Of a DNA stretch of 64,000 bases, positions 44,978-55,046 are shown piece after piece; positions within the stretch are counted from its first letter, which is position 1; each line of letters begins with the position of its first letter. A program made the position numbers and the translations under genes. A model generated the notes under the pieces. The model worked only from the letters and a program-made list of their open reading frames with translations, searched no databases and was not told where the DNA came from. The stretch spans positions 162,074 to 226,073 of IMG/VR virus record IMGVR_UViG_3300036846_000743; one strand, 5' to 3'.

Positions 44978-46726
44978 TCACTGAGCGCCCATGAACTTGG
45001 CGCGCGCTGCTGCCATCACATCCTTGGGATTGCGCTGATTGTTCGCTGTCGGCTCGGGTACCGGTTTAGCAGCCGCCGGTTTGGTAGCTTGCTTGGGAGC
45101 CGCAGCTGGGGGAGGTTCGGCGAACCCGCCAGCACGATTGACGACCGGACGATCATCATCGTCGTCGCCGCCATTGGCAGCCGCCGCGGCGGCCCGGCTG
45201 GGCCGGAATGTCGTAGCAGCAGCCGCCACATCCGGCGCAGCGCTGCCGCCAGCAACCCCGGCAGCAACGTCACCGGCAGCTTTGGTCGGCTTTGCCCGCC
45301 CACGGGCCACCCGCCCCTTCAGGGGCTGCGTTTCCTGCGGCGTAGCAGCCTCCTGCTGCGCAACCATGCGTGATGCGCGATGAGGCGGCGGGTCATCGTC
45401 AGCCGCTTCGGCTGGAGCCTGCACCGGAGCCGGAGCGCCCAGCCGTCGCGTAGAACGTGGCTGGTCATCCGCCCGCTCGGCGGAATCACCGGCGCGCTGC
45501 CGGGGCCGGCGGTCGGCATCATGCTGAGCGGCTGGACGATCGTCATCATCATCCACACCGCCGTCAGGATCGTACTTGGTAGAGACCTGATGCCGATTGA
45601 TCCACTCGGCCCAGATATCGGAGTCCTTGTCAGGCAGCCAGTCGGGATGATCCTGCCAGGCATAGAGCAGGACATCGAGCTTCAGCTCGCCGCCGAACCG
45701 CATACGGCTCCACAGGTAGCTGGCCGCCGTCTTGTGATCCGGGACCTTGATGATCTCGGGCCACGGATAGATCTTCTCAGCGAGTGCTGCGGCCAGATCG
45801 GGTTCGATGCCTGGCTCCCAGCCCTGGTATTCGTCCAGGATCGAAACCTCATAGCCGATCTTGTCGCGATCGCTGTCGACTTCCCGCTGCGCGCGACTGC
45901 GGCTCTCGGCCACAGCGGCACGGCTCAAGGACCGTCGCGGGCCCTGCACCGCAGGAGCATGCCCGTCACGGCTAGGGTCTTGGTTGGCCGGATAGAGCTG
46001 GACGAACTTGCCGCCATCGAAGGCGGTGATATCGCCGTACTGGTAATAGTCGGCGTAGCTCGCCACTGTGCCATCCTCCGGCAACTCGTCGGGCGACTTG
46101 CGCTTGTCCAGCAGCGAGCGCAAGCACTTGCCGCCGTCCGAGGCCAGATCGAAACAGACGATCTTCTCGCCCTCGTCGACGCCCATCGGTGGGTCATAGA
46201 GCTTGTCGCCACGGCCGTAGATCAGGCACTGGACCAGGAACATCGGCCCTGGCTTCTTGATGACCTTCCGTTGCTTGGAGGTCACCATGGGTGCCCAGTG
46301 GGATTGGACGTGCTTGTTGCCTTCGTCGACCGCCCAGTAGATGGCGTTGTAGAGAATGTAGCACGGATGTTGCCGCGGATCGTAATTGTGATCCTGCACA
46401 TCCTCATCAGAGCAAAGAAAGAAGGTCACTGCGGGCTCGCCGATCGCACGGACGGCCCAGGCCGAGTAGATCCAGCGGCCAAATTCTCCCTTGCCTGTGC
46501 CCGTGCGGAACTTCGACCAGCTGCCGTCGTTCCGTTTGCCAGGCATGACCCGTAGCACGGTGTCGAATTGCTTGAGTCGCGTCCCTGGTACGTTCCAGAG
46601 GGACTTCATTGGCGACACAAGATTGGCATCGACGAACAAGTTGCCGCTGTAACGGCTGTCATCGTCGAACATGGATGAGACGTACGAACGCTCGGGCGGT
46701 TCGCCGCCCCCGTGGGCGTGAGCCAT
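44978..46726 (-). CDS. putative ssDNA-binding/recombination mediator protein
   Basis: 582 aa; globular N-terminus plus long disordered Asp/Ala/Pro tail; directly upstream of the RecA-like gene; function inferred from position only. Confidence 0.45.
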   Translation of the reverse strand: MAHAHGGGEPPERSYVSSMFDDDSRYSGNLFVDANLVSPMKSLWNVPGTRLKQFDTVLRVMPGKRNDGSWSKFRTGTGKGEFGRWIYSAWAVRAIGEPAVTFFLCSDEDVQDHNYDPRQHPCYILYNAIYWAVDEGNKHVQSHWAPMVTSKQRKVIKKPGPMFLVQCLIYGRGDKLYDPPMGVDEGEKIVCFDLASDGGKCLRSLLDKRKSPDELPEDGTVASYADYYQYGDITAFDGGKFVQLYPANQDPSRDGHAPAVQGPRRSLSRAAVAESRSRAQREVDSDRDKIGYEVSILDEYQGWEPGIEPDLAAALAEKIYPWPEIIKVPDHKTAASYLWSRMRFGGELKLDVLLYAWQDHPDWLPDKDSDIWAEWINRHQVSTKYDPDGGVDDDDDRPAAQHDADRRPRQRAGDSAERADDQPRSTRRLGAPAPVQAPAEAADDDPPPHRASRMVAQQEAATPQETQPLKGRVARGRAKPTKAAGDVAAGVAGGSAAPDVAAAATTFRPSRAAAAAANGGDDDDDRPVVNRAGGFAEPPPAAAPKQATKPAAAKPVPEPTANNQRNPKDVMAAARAKFMGAQ

Positions 46727-46798
46727 GTCACTTCTCCTATCACGCGTTTCACTTCACAGATCACATTTTTAGCTGCCCGGACAAGCCGAGCACTAAGC

Positions 46799-46827
46799 AT
46801 CCTAGCAAGCCAGTCTGCCTCCGGCAA
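46799..46827 (-). promoter_or_regulatory. sigma70-type promoter with extended -10
   Basis: TTGCCG-17 nt-TAGGAT with TGn immediately before the -10. Confidence 0.65.
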
Positions 46828-46874
46828 TATCCCGGCTTTACGCGATGTAGATAGGATCCAAAACATCACTCCGA

Positions 46875-47627
46875 TCAATCCGTGTCGATCGATCGAACGC
46901 GTTGTGCTTCTGCCAGCGTATAGGTGTCTTCCGGCGGAGGAATACCTTCCTCGATCGGCGTATCTTCCAGGCCCTGCTGCGGGGAGCTTTCCTGGATGCC
47001 ATCCTTCATGAAAAGGGCCATGATGCCAATGACTACGTCATTGGCACCAGTGTCGCGGCATGTAACCACGTACTCACCGTCATCGAGCTTGCCTGAGAGC
47101 CGCGTGCTGTAAAAAAAGCCCGATGGCTTGCCCGGCGTAGCTGTGGGCATACCCGCACGCGGGGCGACCGGCAAGACCGAAAACTTCTTGCTGGCAAAGT
47201 CGTAGAAAAAGTTGTCTTTAACCCTCCGGATCGAGTAGATCAGGACGGTCTTCCTGTAAAACCAGAACACGATGTCCACGCCGCGCCTCCCGAGTGGGCC
47301 TTCCCAGGGCGGCTGTGAAAAGGCTTTGACGCCCGGATCGGACTGGAAGCCCATGACCTGAAGCGCCGTCTTCACGTCCTGCTTCGTAATGCCACCGCAT
47401 ACCGTTTGATCGTGCGTACCGGGCAAAGGAAAGTCCACGCCAACAGTATGTGACGGGACTTCCCCGAAAACTTCAGTCTTCCATTGGTGCACCGACATGT
47501 GGTCCTTGATCTGGCCCACGTACGGCGCAATCGCGTCCACGAACGAGCGGTCGCCGGTCAGCTCCGCAAGGAGCTGACCGGGCTTGGGCACGATGATGCG
47601 CTTCTCATCACTTTCCGAGGTACTCAT
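46875..47627 (-). CDS. hypothetical protein ending in a variant tag (RVRSIDTD)
   Basis: 250 aa; overlaps the polymerase stop region. Confidence 0.7.
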   Translation of the reverse strand: MSTSESDEKRIIVPKPGQLLAELTGDRSFVDAIAPYVGQIKDHMSVHQWKTEVFGEVPSHTVGVDFPLPGTHDQTVCGGITKQDVKTALQVMGFQSDPGVKAFSQPPWEGPLGRRGVDIVFWFYRKTVLIYSIRRVKDNFFYDFASKKFSVLPVAPRAGMPTATPGKPSGFFYSTRLSGKLDDGEYVVTCRDTGANDVVIGIMALFMKDGIQESSPQQGLEDTPIEEGIPPPEDTYTLAEAQRVRSIDTD

Positions 47628-50600
47628 CCGGGATCCCCAAGGACCGACCGCGCTCCGGATCGATCGCCTGTCCCCAATTCAGGAAAACCGAGCAATCGAC
47701 CTTGAAGTGATAGGGCTTCTCCAAGCAACGCCCGCCGCGCCCGGCAGCCTCCATCTTCTTCTTGTCGTCAAAGCGGATGCCATCAAGCGTTCGTGGCATG
47801 ATCTCCACGTCATCAGACAGCGCCAAGACGACCGCTTCGCGAACCTCCTCGATATGCGGAATTTTCACCTCCAGCATAACAGCGTCATGGATCTGGAGCA
47901 CGGTCCGGAACTTGTTGCGGAACCCGTTTATCCGGAGCTGGCGCAGGTTATACATGCCCAGCAAGATAGCGTCTGCCACCAGGTTCTGGATCGGATAGTT
48001 CTTGGCCGATCGGCCCTGGTCAGCCTGGGCTGACTTATCGTCAACCCTGCCGAACCGCCGCATCCGACCGAATGCTCCGACCAGATATGGCGTCCTGCTG
48101 CCAGGCCGCGCTTCGCATTCGGCCAGGAACGAACTGGCGGCCGGATAACGCTTGTAGTAGTTATCGATCAGCCGCTGACACTCCTGTACTGAAACATCAG
48201 CACCCTCTTCGCGGCACTGTCGCGACAGTGCCTCGGCACTACGCCCGTAAGGAACGCCGAACCTCACGTTCTTCGCAGCCACGCGCAGCCCAGGCTTGCC
48301 CAGGGCCTTGAGCGCCTTCTTGTTCGGGTCGCAGCTCAGCTTAAACGCCTCGACGGCTGTCGAAGAATGAAGATCCAGGAAGTCCGGATCATCCTCCGGA
48401 AGCATGGCCCGATTGACGTCCTCGATCATCTTCTCATCCCCGGACTCCCAGGCCAGGGCGGCAATCTCGGCCGCGATGATGTCGAACTCCATGAGCACCG
48501 TGGGCACATCGTCCCATTCACCGGCCGTCACGATCGACCGGATCGGGTTCTTGTAGAGAGGCGCACCCAGGATCTTGGTGTAGTCACCAATCACCTCGCC
48601 GTCTTCCACGTGTCCGAGGATGCGCGCGTAGTCATCCTCGCGGCGCTTGGCCAGGTTCTGGAGATTGGGGCCCGAACTCGAGCAACGACCCGTCTCAACG
48701 GGGTAGAACCGGCTGCGCACCCGGCTGTCCCGCGTATTGACGTAGCTCAGGAAGCCGCCGTCGAACTCGTCCGCCTCGTCGAAGACCACACTGCCGTTGG
48801 CTTCGGCACCCATGGCCTCGCCGATCTTGGGTGGACGAAGTACCGACTGGAGCACCTGGCGGATGTAACGGATGTCCCGCAGCTTCTTGACCCGATCATC
48901 CGTGTGGGCAAAGATCCCCAGAACTTCCTTGTCCACGGCCGGCACGAGCAATTGCTTATCCCTCGGGTTAAGGGTACCCCACGATCTCGACGGCTTACCC
49001 GTAGTCTTGATCGGCACCTTGCCGAGTTTCATCTCGGGATCGGGCATTTGCGGCCGGTTCTTGCCGGTTTTCTTGTCAATGACACGACTGAACTCCTCGC
49101 CGAAAAGCCACGCGCGCACCTGTGCCGGCGAGTTGGGATTGAATGATGGCCAGTTCAATTCCTCGCGGAGCGACGTGGTCAGCCGTTCCTTGACCAGCTC
49201 GAAGACCTTGATCAGCTCCTTGCCGCGATCGACATCGACTGTCACGCCGGTCTCTTCCATCTCCAGGAAGGTGAGCCCGGCCAGCATCGTTCGCCAGTAT
49301 GGTTCCCGTGAACTCTTGTGCCAGACATCCTGATCCAGGAATCCGTCACCATCGTTCAGGGTCCGGGCGAAGTTGAACCTCCAGAACAACCGAAGCGTCG
49401 CGTCGGCGTCATAGAGTGCGTAGGGCACAAGCACGTTATCGGGGATATCACCATATCCGCCCAGGTCCCGGAGTTTGATCCCCATTTCCTTGGCAATCCG
49501 GACCTTGGCTTCCTCCACATCGACGCTCCAGCGCGGGATCGTCGTCCAGCGCATGGCCAGCTGCTCCAGATCGAAGCTCTCCGTAGCCTCGAAGACTGCA
49601 TGCGTCATGTAGCCGGTGTCGAAGCCGCCCGTGTAACGGGTCATCTCCCATGGTTCGTGCGGCTCCACGAGCTGGTTACGGTCAACAAGGTCTCGCGATA
49701 CCAGTACTGGTGCCCGTTTCTCGGCCTCGGCATTCGCATCCTCCTCGATCTGGAACTTGGCAATCTTCTTGCGGTATGCAACACCATTGATCCGCTTCGG
49801 CAGTCGTTCCCTCCTCTGCTCCTCGGTCTCGCCTTTCGGCCCTGGTTCCTGCGGCGACGGGACCGTCCAGAGCGGAGCGAAGTCAATCCCCAGAAACTCG
49901 CGGATCCAGGGAATGTCCGCTTTGAAGAAGTGACCGCCGTGGCGGGTCTTGATGTGGATCTCGCCGTTGCTATGTCGGCCATCGATCAGGCGCCGAAGCT
50001 CGCGAGCGATCAACTCGGTGGTAGGACGCCCGAGGCCACCTCCTTGATCCGACAGGCCAACACAGGTGGCCTTCATGGGAGCCCTCCTGTAGTTGCCCCC
50101 GACAGAGAACTGGATGGTTCGCAGGTACGACCCAGGATCGCCAGGATGGCGGCCATGCCATTCCGCGTCCCAGGCGATCGGCAGGTCACCGTCGATCTCG
50201 GAGTCCCATTCACGACTGGCCTTCTCAAGGATATTGTCTATCACCCTGGCCAGATGCTTCGGCGTGTAGCAGACCGAATGATCCCTCGTGCTCTCGATAT
50301 CCTGCGGCCGCTCGCCCTTGATCAGCTCGGTGAGCTGCCTGAGTCCTGATAGCAGATCGGGATACGCCTCCTGCATGCGGAAGATGTAAGCCGGGTGCGG
50401 CATGCCTATGATCTGGACCGTCTGCTCGCCGTAAGAGCCCAGATCATCGAAAGCTGCGTGGGTCTCGGCATCGAACGGCGGGAAGTTGTACTTCATTTCG
50501 ACGACCCGGCCAGTCATGTTGCCGACGGTGAAACCCTTACCCAGGACCGCCCTGATTGCCTCGGTGCCGAGACAGGCGATGAACTTGGGTCGGACCAGGA

Positions 50601-51258
50601 GGATCTCCTGCCAGAGCAGCGGCGCGCAGTTCTTGAGCCACGCCTGCTGCATGGTCCCCGACGTGGGGTCCAGCCTGTTGAACTTCACGGTGTTGGTGAC
50701 ATACCAGTTGCTCCGGGCCTCCAGCGAGACTCCAAGCTCGCGAAGCGCACGGTGCAGTGGTTCGGACGACTGGCCGATAAAATTCTGCTCAAAGGTAAGC
50801 TCCTCAGCACCTGGATGCTTACCGATGATCATGACGTCGGAGTGATAACGCGGGCCGGCAGCTTTCCTGTATTCGACCCATTCGTAGTCCTGGCTGTTTA
50901 CCGAGCTGTTCCTCGAGTTGAAGAACGGCGGCAATGACCAGCGCCCACCCCGCAGGAATGTGGCGTTGACGAACTGGCCCTTGAAGCTGACCTGAAGTTG
51001 CCACTTGCGCTTGTAGAGCGCATTGCGGTAGAGATGTTCCAGGCCGATCATGGCCGGATCGTCGCGCGCCATCTTGGCCGAGACCTTGGATTCGGTCAGC
51101 TGGAGTACGGTCCTGGCAAAGTCAGGACCAGCCGCCGGAATGAGCGGATGGTCCATTGGCACCAGATGCTTCCATGCGTAGCGAGCCCAGCGTTGCTCGC
51201 GGGACAAATTCTTGACGTCGTCGAAAGTGGTGGAATCATCGTCTTTGGTCGTGGTCAT
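47608..51258 (-). CDS. family A DNA polymerase with N-terminal family-4 UDG-like domain and 3'-5' exonuclease
   Basis: UDG-like GKHPG..E...NFIG, TNTVKF, HPAY; exo DAEW, KADI, YALYD; pol TGRCSS..PNLQN, D....E, R..AK...FG..YG, NYPIQ, IHD; start after AGGGAG. Confidence 0.92.
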   Translation of the reverse strand: MTTTKDDDSTTFDDVKNLSREQRWARYAWKHLVPMDHPLIPAAGPDFARTVLQLTESKVSAKMARDDPAMIGLEHLYRNALYKRKWQLQVSFKGQFVNATFLRGGRWSLPPFFNSRNSSVNSQDYEWVEYRKAAGPRYHSDVMIIGKHPGAEELTFEQNFIGQSSEPLHRALRELGVSLEARSNWYVTNTVKFNRLDPTSGTMQQAWLKNCAPLLWQEILLVRPKFIACLGTEAIRAVLGKGFTVGNMTGRVVEMKYNFPPFDAETHAAFDDLGSYGEQTVQIIGMPHPAYIFRMQEAYPDLLSGLRQLTELIKGERPQDIESTRDHSVCYTPKHLARVIDNILEKASREWDSEIDGDLPIAWDAEWHGRHPGDPGSYLRTIQFSVGGNYRRAPMKATCVGLSDQGGGLGRPTTELIARELRRLIDGRHSNGEIHIKTRHGGHFFKADIPWIREFLGIDFAPLWTVPSPQEPGPKGETEEQRRERLPKRINGVAYRKKIAKFQIEEDANAEAEKRAPVLVSRDLVDRNQLVEPHEPWEMTRYTGGFDTGYMTHAVFEATESFDLEQLAMRWTTIPRWSVDVEEAKVRIAKEMGIKLRDLGGYGDIPDNVLVPYALYDADATLRLFWRFNFARTLNDGDGFLDQDVWHKSSREPYWRTMLAGLTFLEMEETGVTVDVDRGKELIKVFELVKERLTTSLREELNWPSFNPNSPAQVRAWLFGEEFSRVIDKKTGKNRPQMPDPEMKLGKVPIKTTGKPSRSWGTLNPRDKQLLVPAVDKEVLGIFAHTDDRVKKLRDIRYIRQVLQSVLRPPKIGEAMGAEANGSVVFDEADEFDGGFLSYVNTRDSRVRSRFYPVETGRCSSSGPNLQNLAKRREDDYARILGHVEDGEVIGDYTKILGAPLYKNPIRSIVTAGEWDDVPTVLMEFDIIAAEIAALAWESGDEKMIEDVNRAMLPEDDPDFLDLHSSTAVEAFKLSCDPNKKALKALGKPGLRVAAKNVRFGVPYGRSAEALSRQCREEGADVSVQECQRLIDNYYKRYPAASSFLAECEARPGSRTPYLVGAFGRMRRFGRVDDKSAQADQGRSAKNYPIQNLVADAILLGMYNLRQLRINGFRNKFRTVLQIHDAVMLEVKIPHIEEVREAVVLALSDDVEIMPRTLDGIRFDDKKKMEAAGRGGRCLEKPYHFKVDCSVFLNWGQAIDPERGRSLGIPDEYLGK

Positions 51259-51310
51259 CGCAGTCTCCCTTGTCAGCCAATGATAGGCATGCGCGGGAAA
51301 GGGATCGAAG

Positions 51311-52438
51311 TCAGGCAAAGCTGGCGATGTCGATCCCCTTCGCATCGCCAGCGGCGTAGATCAGGTTCCAGATCGTTTCATAGTCGAAATTCCCAGGGTC
51401 TTTCCCGTGGGGTAAGTGGACTCGCACGGCTGCCCCACCGGTCTTGGCATAACTGTTCCCCAGGCTGGTGAAAGCCAGAGCCAGCCGCCGCTGTTCTTTG
51501 TAGTCTTGATCGGCGTCAGGATCAAGCATGAGCACCAGGCAACGGGGCTCGCTGCTGTAAGCTGTCAGGCTCGCAAGCCTGAACATCTGGTGCGCCGTGA
51601 TTGACTTGCCCAGCAGCGCCACCGCAGCGTCGCCGACGGTCCAGACGCCGGTCACGCCTTCGACCACAACGATGATCCGGCCCTGGGATGCTCGATCCCA
51701 ATTGTAGAGGATCCTGCGCTTCTTCATGCCCGGCAGGTTGTAATACTTCCGGACCCCACAGGCGCTCCAGTTCAGTTCGCCGATGTAACGGGCCTGCCAG
51801 CCGACCAGCTGGTGTTCCATCTCGATGGGGACCACGAGCCGGCCCTGGACCTGGGAAAACTCGAATGCCTTGCGGCAATAACACAGGCCATACTTGCGGC
51901 CCAGCTTGGCCGCGTCGTAGCCGCGATCCTCGATGTATCGGACCGCCTGGTGATCGAACGACAACTCATCCAGACGAATAACCCGGCCTGGCATCTCGAC
52001 CGCGACGAGCGGCCCTTCATCGCTCCGGTTACCCGGCCGTGTTGCCAGCAGAAGGTTCCGCTCCCCGGCGCTCATCTCGGCACGGAACAACCGGATCTCA
52101 AGATCCTGTCGGTTCTCGACAGCCCGGCGATCACGACCTGACAGGCAACCCTCGTTGTAGCAGTTGACCAGCCAGTTGATCGTGCGACCATCATCGTCCA
52201 GCGAGCCGTAGCAATAATGGAACCAGAGCCGCTGACGGCTATCGCCGCAGTAAGGGCAGTTGACCCTGTAATACTCGCCCGACTGGATGATGTCCCACTC
52301 CATTCGCTTTTCGACGGAGTTCCAGTGTCGGCTGGCAATGACGACCTCCTCGCCTTCGTTGGCGATGGTGATCTCGCCGAACGCGCGGCGAAGCAATTCG
52401 TAAAGGCCAGGACAAAGCGGGCCGGTGAACTGCATCAT
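51311..52438 (-). CDS. DNA primase (Zn finger + TOPRIM)
   Basis: CPYCGD...CYNEGC, VVVEG and LMLDPD. Confidence 0.85.
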   Translation of the reverse strand: MMQFTGPLCPGLYELLRRAFGEITIANEGEEVVIASRHWNSVEKRMEWDIIQSGEYYRVNCPYCGDSRQRLWFHYCYGSLDDDGRTINWLVNCYNEGCLSGRDRRAVENRQDLEIRLFRAEMSAGERNLLLATRPGNRSDEGPLVAVEMPGRVIRLDELSFDHQAVRYIEDRGYDAAKLGRKYGLCYCRKAFEFSQVQGRLVVPIEMEHQLVGWQARYIGELNWSACGVRKYYNLPGMKKRRILYNWDRASQGRIIVVVEGVTGVWTVGDAAVALLGKSITAHQMFRLASLTAYSSEPRCLVLMLDPDADQDYKEQRRLALAFTSLGNSYAKTGGAAVRVHLPHGKDPGNFDYETIWNLIYAAGDAKGIDIASFA

Positions 52439-52441
52439 GAC

Positions 52442-52675
52442 CTACCCTCCCAGCGCCCGAAACGTGAACACGTTGCCGAGCTTGGTCCAGATCTTGATCA
52501 CGCCGTCTTTCCAACTCACCCGCTTACGTGTCAACACGACAGACTCAGCTCCGGTGGGGTGATACCACTCTCTGCCGTGAACAAGATTCAGCTTCCCGGT
52601 TGTACCAACAAGATCGCCGAATTCCTCCTGGTTGCCCGTGACCGAGATCAGCTTCACACTGACGAGTTCCATCAT
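52442..52675 (-). CDS. small hypothetical protein
   Basis: 77 aa between helicase and primase. Confidence 0.6.
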   Translation of the reverse strand: MMELVSVKLISVTGNQEEFGDLVGTTGKLNLVHGREWYHPTGAESVVLTRKRVSWKDGVIKIWTKLGNVFTFRALGG

Positions 52676-54354
52676 TCATCCCCTTCTGTGCCCGCGTATG
52701 GCTTCCACGGGGCGATCGGTGGGGCAGTCATGCCCGCCGGGACCGGCTCACCGTGGATCTCATTGTAGAGATGCGACTGGACAATCCGCTTGGTAACAAT
52801 CTTGTAATTGTTGCTCGCGTCCATCGTGCGACCGTAGCCGCCATCAAGCGATACCAGAGTGTCCATTCCCTGGTTCTCGCTGCGCCGCCCCTTGGTGTAG
52901 AAGACGCGGCAGCACCCGGTCGAACCATCCTTGACGCCAAAGACGAGGCAGTTGACCAGGTTCTCGGCGAAGTCGCGGGCCTCACCCGCATGAGCATGGT
53001 TCAGCGGGGCCGTCGGCGAGCGCGTATTGGCCTCGCCAGAAAGCTGCTGAAGCAACCACACGGTACAGCCGAATCGCTCGGCCAGCTCCATCTTGGCCAC
53101 CATCGGCGTCTCGTTGATCAGATGCCGCAGGGCTCGGTCCGGGTCCTTGTCCTGGGCCTTCAGGTACCGACGGCACATGATCTTGGTGTAGTCGACAATG
53201 ATCGTATCGATCGCCCAGCCGTACTGCTGTTGCTGCCGCTCGATGTACGAGGCCAGCTCGGGAACCCAGCCTACGCCGCGGCCATCCTTGCGCATGTCCA
53301 TCATCTGCAAATTCTGGCCGATCTGCGCATCGGCCTTGAGCAACCGCTCGTACTCGCCGTCCATCAACTCGGGATCAGCAATCTGCTGCATCTCATACCA
53401 CGTCAGCTCGTAGGGGCGCAGGTGGCCCTTGCGGCTGAGCTGATCCAGCGACTTGAGGCCCTCCAGCGTCGCTTTCCTGATGTGCGCAGCGCACGACATG
53501 ATGCGCGGCCGAATATCGCGATCGATGTCTTCCTCGTAAGACGCGAAGATGATCTGCCGGAGCCGTTCGTGGCCGGCATCGCCGTGGACGTGCCAGGCCA
53601 TACACAGCTTGGCTCGCTCCACGGCAGCTTGTACCGCGAACATGGTTTTGCCGCCGCCGAATGGCCCCAGGATCCCGTTCACGTCACCAGGAGCTTGACC
53701 ACCCATCAGGTTGTCTGCCCACTGGATCCCGATCGGTGTCGTATCGATCGTGGTCGGCACCCAGCCCGCAGGAAGCATGGTCTGAAATGGATTGCTGCCG
53801 ATCGCCTGGACGGCCCGGTCCTTGAGAGTGATCTTGTTCAGATAAGCGCCGAAGCCCATTACATTGCGGCCGCTAGCACTGTCGATCACGCGGCGGACCT
53901 TGTCCTGGATCTGCCGCTCCTGGAGGAACTTCCTCAAGAGCGTGAGGCCATACGGCACGCTCAAGTCATTCTCATTGACTCCCATGTACGCATGATAGAG
54001 AAGCCCGTTATACGGGTCGGCATCGTCGGGTCGACCGACAATATCGTTGATCAGGAACTGCGACTGCCGCAGAATCGCATCATCATCCAGAATGCGCTTG
54101 ACCTCGGTGTGGACCGCCACGTAAGGGATCCCACCGATCGTGTATAGCTTGGAGTCCCCCAGCTGGAAGAAGCCGTCGATCAAGATCCGATAATGCCGCT
54201 CAGAATTCGCATCCCAGTCGTCAATCTCGACGTGCTGACGAGCCTCGGCGTAGACTGCGGGCACCCGGATGATATGGATGAGCAACTCCTCCAACTCGGC
54301 CGGAGTCATGCGTGGCTCATCCTGTACCCCGCCACTCCCGAATTTCCCTGCCAT
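52672..54354 (-). CDS. DnaB-like (SF4) replicative helicase
   Basis: GPFGGGKT, SYEE, IIVDY, LQQLS and KGR. Confidence 0.85.
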   Translation of the reverse strand: MAGKFGSGGVQDEPRMTPAELEELLIHIIRVPAVYAEARQHVEIDDWDANSERHYRILIDGFFQLGDSKLYTIGGIPYVAVHTEVKRILDDDAILRQSQFLINDIVGRPDDADPYNGLLYHAYMGVNENDLSVPYGLTLLRKFLQERQIQDKVRRVIDSASGRNVMGFGAYLNKITLKDRAVQAIGSNPFQTMLPAGWVPTTIDTTPIGIQWADNLMGGQAPGDVNGILGPFGGGKTMFAVQAAVERAKLCMAWHVHGDAGHERLRQIIFASYEEDIDRDIRPRIMSCAAHIRKATLEGLKSLDQLSRKGHLRPYELTWYEMQQIADPELMDGEYERLLKADAQIGQNLQMMDMRKDGRGVGWVPELASYIERQQQQYGWAIDTIIVDYTKIMCRRYLKAQDKDPDRALRHLINETPMVAKMELAERFGCTVWLLQQLSGEANTRSPTAPLNHAHAGEARDFAENLVNCLVFGVKDGSTGCCRVFYTKGRRSENQGMDTLVSLDGGYGRTMDASNNYKIVTKRIVQSHLYNEIHGEPVPAGMTAPPIAPWKPYAGTEGDE

Positions 54355-55046
54355 CAGAGCACCTCACTGTAGAAATGGTCGGCCGCCTTGCGCAACTCAT
54401 CTGGAATACGATCGCCCCAGGTAGCGTCGTACGCCTCACGGTCGAAGACATACATCCGGAATGCCTCCTGTTTGAACCGCTCAGCTACATCATCAGCGCC
54501 ACCGATCGTTCCCACGCAGTAGCGGTAGAGCGGTGACAGTTCGTTGGTTGGATCGTTCAAGGCACGGCGCGCCGCAGCCTCGACGTCCATCTTGTCGTAG
54601 AGTTGGTGGACCGTGGTCGCAGCCTTGAACCGATGATCCTCCATCTTGAGGTTCTCGCTATAGACGGTGTACGCGTCTGCGAGCATCCGCGCACGCCGCA
54701 GCGACAGCGCATTGGCAAACTGGTTGGGAAAAGGCGGTGTCGGGCTCTTCCACTCCCGGAATGTACCCCGGACCAGCAGGATCGGGCTGATCGAGTTGGA
54801 GAGCGCGTAGCGGACGATGTCGAACCAGACGGGCTTGTCGTAGACCTTGCCCTGTCCATCGCGACCACCGTCCCAGCGAGGTATAGGCTGAGATCCATAC
54901 GTGCACGGCCCGCCACCTTGCTTGGTCTCGACATGCCGACGGTACTCGAGGATGTAGTAAGTTCGTACCGTGTTGGCCATGTCATAGAGATCATGGCCGT
55001 TGTCGACCCTGTGGTTGCTGCGCGTTGGCATCGCCAAGAGCCTCAA
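54354..55046 (-). CDS. hypothetical protein
   Basis: About 230 aa; translationally coupled to the helicase. Confidence 0.65.
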   Translation of the reverse strand: MRLLAMPTRSNHRVDNGHDLYDMANTVRTYYILEYRRHVETKQGGGPCTYGSQPIPRWDGGRDGQGKVYDKPVWFDIVRYALSNSISPILLVRGTFREWKSPTPPFPNQFANALSLRRARMLADAYTVYSENLKMEDHRFKAATTVHQLYDKMDVEAAARRALNDPTNELSPLYRYCVGTIGGADDVAERFKQEAFRMYVFDREAYDATWGDRIPDELRKAADHFYSEVL

